This document shows, one piece after another, positions 38,405-46,698 of a stretch of DNA of 64,000 nt. A program made the translations under genes and the position numbers. Origin of the DNA: an uncultured Trueperaceae bacterium (GTDB taxonomy: Bacteria; Deinococcota; Deinococci; Deinococcales; Trueperaceae); contig CAWFFU010000011.1 in the NCBI GenBank assembly GCA_963815215.1, positions 64,001 through 128,000 of the forward strand. Direction: 5' to 3'. How positions within the stretch are numbered: the first letter of the stretch is position 1; every line of letters begins with the position of its first letter. Below the pieces are notes generated by a model. It had not been told where the DNA came from. It worked only from the letters and a program-made list of their open reading frames with translations, and did not search any database.

Positions 38405-38493
38405 CGTGGACCTGAGGTAACTCTCCCAGTACCTCTTCCCATCTCTTCCGAAAACCGGGCTCCGCGCCTCCCACGCGGAGTCCACCCTTTTTT
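38405..38493 (+). ncRNA. Candidate ~88-nt C-rich sRNA, or attenuated rpsA leader
   Basis: TATACT -10 at 38394-38399; hairpin with CUCCC loop; linker UCCCAUCUCUUCC; terminator GGGCTCCGCG-CCTCCCA-CGCGGAGTCC-ACCC-TTTTTT. Confidence 0.6.
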
Positions 38494-38717
38494 GGCAACC
38501 CCACGATACAGGCGATCGCCTTCGCGCGCCGTAAAATCCAACGCAGAGTAGTTGTCGGTCCCCGACGCCGTGAAAGGCGTTTGGAGGGCCGGCATGGGCT
38601 GCGCAATCACCGTCACGTCGACCGCGCTTCCGTGCCGCCTTTGCTTGCAGGAGGCACCGGAATTGTGTTAGAAAAGGTAGTTGCCAGCTTAAACGAAATG
38701 AGGAGGAAGCCCCTTTC

Positions 38718-40955
38718 ATGGACGAAAAAGCAAACCCGGCCGAGGGAAGCCCTGTCCCGGCCACCGACCAAGCCCCGGAGGAAGTCACGATCCAGGCCCC
38801 ATCCGCGGCAGCTGATCAGGGAACAGGCACCGCGATGGCGAACGAAAAGGATCTCGACCCACAGGAACGGGCTCCCCAAGAAGACGCCGCAGCGGATACG
38901 ATAGAGAGCGTCGACTCCGACGCAAACGCAGTCACCGAACCGGTGGCTGATGTGCCCGTAGCGGCGCAAGCCGACAACGCGCAAGACGACAACGCGCAAG
39001 ACGACAACTCCGAGATGACGATGGAGGACGTGCTGGCTGCCAGCGATGAGCAGCTCGCGCGCAAGCCTGTCCACCGCGGCATGATCACCAACGGACAGGT
39101 CATCATGCTCTCGCAGGACGGCATCATCGTCGATGTGGGCGCGAAGATCGAGGGCATCCTGCCCTACAACCAGCTCTTCGAGTTCGAGACGAACGCCGAA
39201 GACGCTGCGAAGTACTTCAAGCCCGGCGACGAGATCCAGGTCTACGTCGTCCGCTCGGACATCCCCAACAACACCATCGTGCTCTCCAAGAAGCGGGCTG
39301 ACCAGGAACGCGCCTGGAACCTGTTGCAGGAGATCCACGACAAGGAGAAGCCGGTCGAGGTCGAGATCATCGAGAAGGTTCGCGGCGGGCTCGTCGCCAA
39401 CCTCGGGATCCGCGCCTTCCTGCCGGCCAGCCAGGTCGATGTGCGCCGGGTCAACGACCTCGCGCCCTTCGTGGGGCTGCGCCTCAAGGTCAAGATCATC
39501 GAGCTCAACCGACGCCGCAACCGCGTCATCATCTCGCGTCGGTCGATCCTCGAAGAGGAGATCGCCGAGAAGAAGTCCGAGACGCTCCAGAAGCTCGAGC
39601 CCGGTATCAAGCTCGACGGCGAGGTCGTGGAGATCACCGACTTCGGGGTGTTCGTCAACCTCGGCGGGATCGACGGCCTGGTCCACCGCAGTGAGCTCAC
39701 GCACGGGCGCTTCAGCCACCCACGCGATGTCGTCAAGGTGGGCGAGAAGGTGCGCGTCGAAGTCCTCGACATGGACCTCGAACGCGAGCGCATCAACCTG
39801 TCCATGAAGTCGCTGCTGTCGAACCCCTGGGACAACGTCCTGGCCAACTACAGCATCGGCCAGCGGATCTCGGGCAAGGTCACCAACCTCACCCCGTTCG
39901 GTGCCTTCGTGGAGATCGAACCGGGCCTCGAAGGACTCATCCACGTCAGTGAGATGAGTTGGACCAAGCGCGTGCGTCACCCCAAGGAGATCGTGACCGA
40001 GGGCGACGAGGTCGAGGCCATGATCCTCAAGGTCGACACCAGCCAGCAGCGCATCTCGCTCGGTCTCCGTCAGACCCAGCCCGATCCCTGGAGCAGCCTG
40101 CCGGACCGCTACCCTCCCGGCACCGAGGTCACCGGCCCGATCACCGGCATCACCGACTTCGGCGTGTTCATGGAGATCGAAGAGGGCATCGAGGGCCTGG
40201 TCCACATCAGCGAGCTGAGCCACGACCACATCGAGAACATCAACGACCACTTCAAGCGTGGCGACGAGGTCACCGCGGTGATCCTCAACATCGATCCGGT
40301 CGAGCAGCGCGCCAGCCTGTCGCGTAAGCGGCTCCTCCCCTTCTCTGCCACCGACCTGGAATCCGTCGGCACCGGAGCCCCCGCCTCTCGCGGCGGCGCC
40401 CGTCGCGGCGGCCGGCGCAGTCGGCGCGGCTCGGACATCGACTACGATTACAGCTACGCTTCGTCCGATGCCAGCAACAAGGCCACCACGAAGCTCGGTG
40501 ACGTCTATGCTGACCTCTTCGCCCAGTTCGGTCTGACTGACAACAAGGGCGATCAGGATGAGGACTCCAGCGGGACCGACGAGGCAACGGCCGGCGCTGC
40601 CGAAGCGGCCGAGGCCGGTGCCGAAGCTTCCGCCGACCAGGGGATCGCAGCCGACGAGCCGCAGGCCGCCGTTGAGGCGACCGACACGCAGAGCGAGCCC
40701 GTCGCCGCCGCCCCGGAGGAAGCCGCCCCGGAGGAAGCCGAGCCGGCAGCGGTGAGCGCGCAACCTGAAGTCGCCGTCGAGGCCAAGAAGGCCGATGCCG
40801 ACGAGGTCGACCCCGAGAACGCCATCGATGCAGCCGAGGCCGCGGCCATGCTCACGGCCGCCTTCCGCGAGGGCAAGCGACCCAAGGCAGAGCAGAAGGC
40901 CGAAGCCACGGTCGAAGAGGAGAAGGCGGAGGACGCCGAAACCTCGAACGCCTGA
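38718..40955 (+). CDS. rpsA: 30S ribosomal protein S1 (five S1 domains, long acidic N- and C-terminal extensions)
   Basis: Repeated S1 motifs ([66 protein letters not shown]); GAGGAGG RBS. Confidence 0.95.
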   Translation: MDEKANPAEGSPVPATDQAPEEVTIQAPSAAADQGTGTAMANEKDLDPQERAPQEDAAADTIESVDSDANAVTEPVADVPVAAQADNAQDDNAQDDNSEMTMEDVLAASDEQLARKPVHRGMITNGQVIMLSQDGIIVDVGAKIEGILPYNQLFEFETNAEDAAKYFKPGDEIQVYVVRSDIPNNTIVLSKKRADQERAWNLLQEIHDKEKPVEVEIIEKVRGGLVANLGIRAFLPASQVDVRRVNDLAPFVGLRLKVKIIELNRRRNRVIISRRSILEEEIAEKKSETLQKLEPGIKLDGEVVEITDFGVFVNLGGIDGLVHRSELTHGRFSHPRDVVKVGEKVRVEVLDMDLERERINLSMKSLLSNPWDNVLANYSIGQRISGKVTNLTPFGAFVEIEPGLEGLIHVSEMSWTKRVRHPKEIVTEGDEVEAMILKVDTSQQRISLGLRQTQPDPWSSLPDRYPPGTEVTGPITGITDFGVFMEIEEGIEGLVHISELSHDHIENINDHFKRGDEVTAVILNIDPVEQRASLSRKRLLPFSATDLESVGTGAPASRGGARRGGRRSRRGSDIDYDYSYASSDASNKATTKLGDVYADLFAQFGLTDNKGDQDEDSSGTDEATAGAAEAAEAGAEASADQGIAADEPQAAVEATDTQSEPVAAAPEEAAPEEAEPAAVSAQPEVAVEAKKADADEVDPENAIDAAEAAAMLTAAFREGKRPKAEQKAEATVEEEKAEDAETSNA

Positions 40956-40971
40956 TCTCGAATCCGCACTA

Positions 40972-41010
40972 CAGAAGGGGCGTCGCTCATCGCGAGCGAC
41001 GCCCCTTCTG
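40972..41010. terminator. 17-bp perfect inverted repeat between convergent rpsA and htpX
   Basis: CAGAAGGGGCGTCGCTC-ATCGC-GAGCGACGCCCCTTCTG. Confidence 0.8.
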
Positions 41011-41096
41011 CTTGCGGTCACGCTGACGGCGCGCTGGCTCGCCCCCCTCCCGGGAACCCCAGCGCCCCGTCCCCGGTTGGGAGGCCGCAGGAGCCC

Positions 41097-42083
41097 TTAC
41101 ATCCGCCGCAGACGGTCGATTCTCTGTTGGATCGGAGGGTGGGTGGCGAACAGATCCATGCTGTTGTGGTGCGCGAGGGGATTGACGATGAACATGTGGC
41201 GCACGCCTTCGGAGACCTCCAAGTCCTCGCCCTGGTAGCCGCCGAGCTTCTCCAGCGCGCTCGCCAGCCCCTCCGGATTGCGCGTGATGTAGGCGCCGGT
41301 GGCGTCCGCCAGGAACTCACGGCGGCGACTGACGGCCAACCTCAGGATGGTCGCCAGGATCGGCCCGAGCACGAGCAAGGCGATCAGCAGGACCACCATG
41401 ATGCCCTGACCACGGTTGTTGCCCTGGCCGGACCCGCCCCCGCTACCGCGCCGGCTTCGCGATCCACCGAACGCACCGAACTGGAACCAGCGCAGCACCA
41501 GGTCGCGCAGGATCACGATGGCGCCGACGGTCGCCGCCAGCATCGACAGGAACCGGATGTCGTAGTTGCGCACGTGCGCCATCTCGTGGGCGACCACCCC
41601 CTCCAGCTCCTGCCGGTCCATCATGTCGATGAGACCTCGGGTGACCGCGATCGAGGCGTGCTGCGGGTCGCGCCCGGTGGCGAAGGCGTTGGGGGCAGGC
41701 GAGTCGATCACGTATATGTTGGGCGTCGGAACCCCTGCCCCGAGGGCGACTGCTTCGGTGACATTGACGAGATAGCGATGCTCGTCCTTGGTGGCCTTGC
41801 GGGCGCCTGCCGCGCCCAACGCGATCTGATCGCTGAACCAGTATGCCGCCACGCTCTGCCCGGCGCCGATGAACCCCGCTACCGACACGAAGAACAGCGC
41901 CGAGCCCGGATTCGTGACTTGCGCCAGAAGGTATCCGATGGCACCCAACAGCGCCACCATGATCAATCCCAGGACCCAGGACATCCTGCGATTGGACGCC
42001 TGCCAGTCGAGGAGGTTGATGCGCCTCCCGGTGGCCCTGTCAGTGATGACGTTCGGCAGGACCCCTGCGCTGCGTGACGTCAT
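41097..42083 (-). CDS. htpX: Zinc metalloprotease HtpX (M48)
   Basis: PNAFATGR, VAHEMAH, SRRREFLADA, FATHPP. Confidence 0.92.
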   Translation of the reverse strand: MTSRSAGVLPNVITDRATGRRINLLDWQASNRRMSWVLGLIMVALLGAIGYLLAQVTNPGSALFFVSVAGFIGAGQSVAAYWFSDQIALGAAGARKATKDEHRYLVNVTEAVALGAGVPTPNIYVIDSPAPNAFATGRDPQHASIAVTRGLIDMMDRQELEGVVAHEMAHVRNYDIRFLSMLAATVGAIVILRDLVLRWFQFGAFGGSRSRRGSGGGSGQGNNRGQGIMVVLLIALLVLGPILATILRLAVSRRREFLADATGAYITRNPEGLASALEKLGGYQGEDLEVSEGVRHMFIVNPLAHHNSMDLFATHPPIQQRIDRLRRM

Positions 42084-42106
42084 GATGGGTCCGTCGCCGG
42101 CTCAGC

Positions 42107-42661
42107 TCAGCCCGCGAACGACACCTTCGGCGCTTCGCGCTCGGCTTCGGGGATCTCGAGGAAGACGGCCTTCTTCTTGTTCATCGGGCCCGCCATGAAC
42201 ACGCCCGGCACCGTCTCGATGGCGTTGTTGAACTGGAGCACGGCGTCGTTGTAGAACTGCCGCGCGTAGGCGATCTTGTTCTCGACGCTGGACAGTTCCT
42301 CCTGGAGCATCTTGAAGTTCTCGTTGGCCTTGAGCTCGGGGTAGTTCTCGGCGATAGCGAACAACCGACCCAGCGCACCCGTCATCTGGTTCGCGGCCTC
42401 GGCCGACTCACCCACGTTCTTCGCGTTCATGAGGGCCTGCCGCGAGTGCGCGACCTCCTCGAACACGGCCTTCTCGTGGGCGGCGTAGCCTTTGACAGTC
42501 TCTACGAGGTTGGGGATCAGGTCGACGCGTCGCTTGAGCTGAACGTCGATCTGGCTCCACGCGTTCTCGTAGCGATTCTCCAAACTGATGATCCGGTTGT
42601 AGACCCCAACCGCCGAGATCACCAGGATGGCCAGAATGACCAACACCACGATGGTCGCCAT
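42107..42661 (-). CDS. lemA: LemA family protein
   Basis: AWSQIDVQLKRRVDLIPNLVETVKGYAAHE, ENYPELKANENF. Confidence 0.95.
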   Translation of the reverse strand: MATIVVLVILAILVISAVGVYNRIISLENRYENAWSQIDVQLKRRVDLIPNLVETVKGYAAHEKAVFEEVAHSRQALMNAKNVGESAEAANQMTGALGRLFAIAENYPELKANENFKMLQEELSSVENKIAYARQFYNDAVLQFNNAIETVPGVFMAGPMNKKKAVFLEIPEAEREAPKVSFAG

Positions 42662-42753
42662 AAGACCTCCTGGCGTTCAGTCTACTGGACAGCGCCGATT
42701 GCACAGAGCGAAAATCTACGCCGCCCCGCTGTCACGACCTGCGGCGGACGCCG

Positions 42754-43857
42754 TCAGGACGATCGACGGCGGATCACGCCGCCGCCCAGCAGACGGTCGC
42801 CCTGGTAGAGGACGGCAGACTGACCGATCGTGACCGCGAACTGCGGTTCCTCGAAATCGAGCCGGAAGCCGTCACCCGTGGCCGTCAACATCGCCGGCAC
42901 CGGCGCCTGCCGGTAGCGGACCTGAGCGTTCACCTGCCGCGGCAGCTTCGCTTCGTCCACCAGGAAGTTGCCGCGTTCCGCCGTGAGACCCGACCAGAAG
43001 CACATCTCGCGAGGGCCTACCACGACCGTGTTGTCGGCGGGGCGGAGGTCGATGACGAAGCGCTCCAGGTGCGACTTCCACAGCCCCAACCCCTTCTTCT
43101 GGCCGATCGTGTAGAACTGCACGCCGCGGTGCTCGCCGACCACCGCGTCCCCCTGGCTTGCATCCACCACCGGGCCCGGCCGTTCCCGGCTCGCGTCCTG
43201 GAGATAACCGCGGACCGTGTCCGGCACGAAGCACAGACCCGATGAGCTCTTCTTCTCTGCCGTGAGCAGACCGCGATCGGCCGCGAGCGAACGTACGTCA
43301 CGCTTGCTCAGTTCCCCGAGCGGGAACAGCAGGTATTGCAGGATGTCGCGCGGAAGCGCCCACAGGAAGTACGTCTGGTCCTTGTCGTCGTCCCGGCCCC
43401 GGTGCAGCTCGACTCCGTCGGGCCCGTCCACCCGCCGCACGTAGTGTCCGGTGGCAAGGAAGTCGCACCCCAGGACTCGCGCCCGCTCGATGAAGGCGCC
43501 GAACTTGATGTGCCGGTTGCACCACACGCACGGGTTCGGCGTCTCCCCGGCCTCGTAGGTCGGCACGAAAGGATCGACGACGATCTCCTGGAACCGGTCG
43601 CGGAAGTCGAGCAGATAGAAGGGGATGTCCACCGCGTCGGCGACACGACGGGCGTCGTACGCGGCCGCCGGGCTGCAACAAAGGTCGAAAGCGCCGCTCG
43701 GGCCCTCGTCGGGCCAGAACCGGGCCATGGTACCGACCACCTCGAAGCCCCCCTCGCGCAACAGTGCGGTGGCCACCGACGAGTCGACGCCGCCCGACAT
43801 GGCACTCAGGACCTTCGGGGCGACAGCACGCTTCGGGATGGGATCGAACCGTTCCAC
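42754..43857 (-). CDS. mnmA: tRNA 2-thiouridine(34) synthase
   Basis: AMSGGVDSS, TPNPCVWCN, ATGHY, KDQTYFL, YTIGQKKGLG. Confidence 0.95.
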   Translation of the reverse strand: MERFDPIPKRAVAPKVLSAMSGGVDSSVATALLREGGFEVVGTMARFWPDEGPSGAFDLCCSPAAAYDARRVADAVDIPFYLLDFRDRFQEIVVDPFVPTYEAGETPNPCVWCNRHIKFGAFIERARVLGCDFLATGHYVRRVDGPDGVELHRGRDDDKDQTYFLWALPRDILQYLLFPLGELSKRDVRSLAADRGLLTAEKKSSSGLCFVPDTVRGYLQDASRERPGPVVDASQGDAVVGEHRGVQFYTIGQKKGLGLWKSHLERFVIDLRPADNTVVVGPREMCFWSGLTAERGNFLVDEAKLPRQVNAQVRYRQAPVPAMLTATGDGFRLDFEEPQFAVTIGQSAVLYQGDRLLGGGVIRRRSS

Positions 43858-43962
43858 GGCCCATCAGTCTAGCTGACCGGCTCGCGCATGACCCGGGATG
43901 GGCGACACCCTCTTCGGGGAGCGCGGCGCACGTGCGGTAGACTGGTCCGCACGGAGGTGGAT

Positions 43963-44331
43963 GTGAAAGGCGCTCGCATCCTGCAGCTCGTCTTGGTCAT
44001 CGTGTTGGCGCTCTATCTGGTGGCGTTCAACAACGTGAACCCGGACCCCCTGACGCTGCCGCTTCTCCCCATGCTGATCCCGATGCCGCCGGTGATCGTG
44101 GTGATCGTCGCGTTGCTGGGCGGCTGGCTGGTGGGCTGGCTCCCCACCCGGATCGCGCTGTGGCGCCGAGCTCGCGAAGTCCGTCGGCTGCGCCAGCGCT
44201 TGAACGAGCTGGAGGGTGAGCACACCGCACGGGAGACCGATGCCGGCGAGCGCGCCCCCGTCATCCCGGACCGCTTCCCCGTCATCCCGGACAGGCCCCC
44301 ACAGCGCGACGAGGGAACCGAGTCGTCGTGA
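43963..44331 (+). CDS. LapA/DUF1049-like small membrane protein
   Basis: Two TM segments, then a basic coiled coil (RRAREVRRLRQRLNELE); GGAGG RBS; GTGA overlap with recJ. Confidence 0.65.
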   Translation: MKGARILQLVLVIVLALYLVAFNNVNPDPLTLPLLPMLIPMPPVIVVIVALLGGWLVGWLPTRIALWRRAREVRRLRQRLNELEGEHTARETDAGERAPVIPDRFPVIPDRPPQRDEGTESS

Positions 44332-46655
44332 GCCCGGCCGACGACGCTCGGCCGCCTTCGCCTCTCTGGTTCCTGCGTCCGCCCGCGCCCCCGCACGCCG
44401 TCCGCTCGCTGGCGCGCAGCCTCGGCGTGCCGCCGTTGCTGGCCGCCATGTTGTGGTCGCGCGGGTTACGCGACGACGCCCCAGAGCACCTCAATCCGCC
44501 CCTGGAGCTCACCCGGATCCCTCACCTGGACGCGGCCGCCGAACGGCTCGAGCGAGCCATCCGCGGCAGCCAGCGCATCCTCGTGCACGGCGACTACGAT
44601 GCCGACGGCATCAGCGGCACCGCGGTCCTGACCCTGGGCCTGCGGGAGCTGGGGGCCAGGGCCGAACCCTTCATCCCCAACCGGCTCACCGACGGCTACG
44701 GCATCCACCCCGAGCGCGTGCCCGAGCACGCGGAGCGGTGCGAGCTGTTCGTCACGGTCGACTGCGGCATCACCAACCTCGCCGAGATCCGAAGCCTCCA
44801 GGACGCCGGCGTCGAGGTCATCGTCACCGATCACCACACTCCCGGCGACGCCCGCCCCGATTGCCTGGTGGTCCACCCGGCCACCTCGCCGCTGGCCCGG
44901 GACGGCCTGCCGCAACTGACCGGGGCCGGCGTCGCGTTCCATCTGCTGTGGGCGCTGCGCCGACGTCTCGGCCTGGATCGGCCGGACGACTATGCCGACC
45001 TCGCGACCATCGGCACCATCGCCGACGTCGCTCCGCTGCTCGGCGAGAACCGTGCCCTCATCGTTCCGGGGCTGCAGCGCCTGGCCAACTCGCGCTGGGC
45101 CGGCGTACGCGCGATCGTCCGGCAATCGCACCTGCGCGGCGATATCACCGCCCGCCAGGTGGCCTTCGTGGTGGCGCCCAGGCTGAACGCCGCCGGCCGC
45201 CTGGGCGAGGCGGAACTGGGGCTGGAGCTGCTCACAACGGCCAGCGAGCGCCGCGCCAACGAGCTCGCCGCCTACCTCGACGCCCGCAACCAGGACCGGC
45301 GCCGGATCCAGGACGAGATGTTCGCCCAGGCGCTGGAGATCGTGGATCCGGACGCCCCGGCGCTGGTGGTCGAGGACGCCCGCTGGCACCCCGGCGTCAT
45401 GGGGATCGTCGCTTCCAAACTGCTCGAACGCTTCTACAAGCCCGTCTACATCATCGCCAAGGGGAAGGGCAGCGTCCGTTCCACGCCCGGCATCTCGGCG
45501 GTGAACGGGCTCCGCGCAGCCTCCGAGCACCTGCTGCGCTATGGCGGCCACGCCCAGGCCGCCGGCTTCGCCCTGGACATGGCGAAGCTCCCCGCCTTCC
45601 GTGACGCCATCCACGTCTACGCCGCGCGCTTCCCACGTCCGCAACCGCAGATCACGGCCGACGCCGTGCTCTCCGGAGGCGAGGTCGAACGCGGGCTATG
45701 GCAGGCCATCCGCACCCTCGAGCCCTTCGGAGAGGGCCACCCGGCCCCGGTCTTCGCGCTCACGGATCGCCTCGACAGCGCCCGCGCCGTCGGCCGTGAC
45801 GGTGCCACCCTGCAGCTCAGGATCGGGGGCGTCAAGGGCGTGGCCTGGCAGATGGGCACGCTGGCCGAGGCCCTGCCCCTGGGCGAGCCCGTGAACGCGG
45901 CCGTGACACTCGCGGAGAACGAGTGGCGGGAGCGGAAGACCCTGGAGTTCGTGGCGGAAGCGGTGCGCCCCGCCGAACGTCTCGGCCTCGCCCCCACGCA
46001 CGACGGTCACGGCGCCACCGACACCGCCACCCTGCGCGTGGTTCGTGGCGCGCTGCCCGGGCTCCGTCCCCTGGACCCGCCCGACCTCGGCAGCCTGCTC
46101 GAGGCCCTGAACGGCGCGTCCAACGGTGCCCCCGATGCCGCGCCCGACGTGTGGTTGCGTGGCCTTCCCGACGACGGCGCCGTGCCTGCGCTGCGCGCGC
46201 TGATGCAGCGGGCGTCACGGATCGGCCTCGACTTCGAGGAGCCGGCGCTGGCCGCCCTGCAGGCCGAGGCCTTGCGCTTCCCCACCCTCGACGAGGTACG
46301 CCGCGGGTTCGTGGCGTTGCAGCGGGGCCTCGCGCTGCCATTCGAGGAGATCAAGGCCCAACGCGTCCGGGCGGTGCTCGAGGAACTCGCCTTGCTCGAC
46401 GGGAGCGGCCACGTGCTGAGCGGCCAGAAGCGTGACCCCTACACCTCGGACACGCTGCTCGACGGTCTTCTGCGGCGCCACCTGCTGCTGCGCTTCGTCA
46501 CTGCGTTCCGCTTCCTGGACGACGCCGGCTTCGCGTACAGCGTTCACACCCTGTTCGGCTCCGACAGCGCGCCGGAGGCGACCGGCCCGGGTCGGGCCGG
46601 AGCCGGCGAGACGGCCCCAGCCGGCATCGCGGCCGACGGCGTGCCCACCTCCTGA
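44328..46655 (+). CDS. recJ: Single-stranded-DNA exonuclease RecJ
   Basis: HGDYDADG, TVDCG, TDHH, GTIADV, PRLNAAGR, GGHAQAAG, LEPFGEG. Confidence 0.95.
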   Translation: MSPADDARPPSPLWFLRPPAPPHAVRSLARSLGVPPLLAAMLWSRGLRDDAPEHLNPPLELTRIPHLDAAAERLERAIRGSQRILVHGDYDADGISGTAVLTLGLRELGARAEPFIPNRLTDGYGIHPERVPEHAERCELFVTVDCGITNLAEIRSLQDAGVEVIVTDHHTPGDARPDCLVVHPATSPLARDGLPQLTGAGVAFHLLWALRRRLGLDRPDDYADLATIGTIADVAPLLGENRALIVPGLQRLANSRWAGVRAIVRQSHLRGDITARQVAFVVAPRLNAAGRLGEAELGLELLTTASERRANELAAYLDARNQDRRRIQDEMFAQALEIVDPDAPALVVEDARWHPGVMGIVASKLLERFYKPVYIIAKGKGSVRSTPGISAVNGLRAASEHLLRYGGHAQAAGFALDMAKLPAFRDAIHVYAARFPRPQPQITADAVLSGGEVERGLWQAIRTLEPFGEGHPAPVFALTDRLDSARAVGRDGATLQLRIGGVKGVAWQMGTLAEALPLGEPVNAAVTLAENEWRERKTLEFVAEAVRPAERLGLAPTHDGHGATDTATLRVVRGALPGLRPLDPPDLGSLLEALNGASNGAPDAAPDVWLRGLPDDGAVPALRALMQRASRIGLDFEEPALAALQAEALRFPTLDEVRRGFVALQRGLALPFEEIKAQRVRAVLEELALLDGSGHVLSGQKRDPYTSDTLLDGLLRRHLLLRFVTAFRFLDDAGFAYSVHTLFGSDSAPEATGPGRAGAGETAPAGIAADGVPTS

Positions 46656-46698
46656 TCGACCGGGCAGAAGGCCGTGAGGCGCGTGCGATACTGACGGC

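Noticed and set aside
29900..38500. Prophage, ICE or transposon explanation of the low-GC region
   Set aside because: No integrase, transposase, phage gene, tRNA or long terminal repeat was seen.
33111..38683. GTAGTTG recurring on the sense strand of leaders (near 33111, 33179, 35863, 38548, 38677)
   Set aside because: Only 7 nt with no consistent spacing to promoters or starts; significance cannot be established without a statistical test.
37739..38904. ORF-track predictions of 60-170 aa between the TPR gene and rpsA
   Set aside because: No convincing RBS, motifs or host-like codon pattern; the region is better explained by promoters, hairpins and terminators.
41074..41087. CGGT-TGGGAG-GCCG hairpin between rpsA and htpX, matching the cassette loop motif
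   Set aside because: Isolated 4-bp stem beyond the rpsA terminator with no promoter. It could be chance in GC-rich DNA, and it cautions that the motif background must be measured genome-wide.
44256..44297. 21-nt tandem duplication (PVIPDRF/PVIPDRP) in the LapA-like tail
   Set aside because: Two copies, in frame, in a low-complexity tail; a trivial slippage event.
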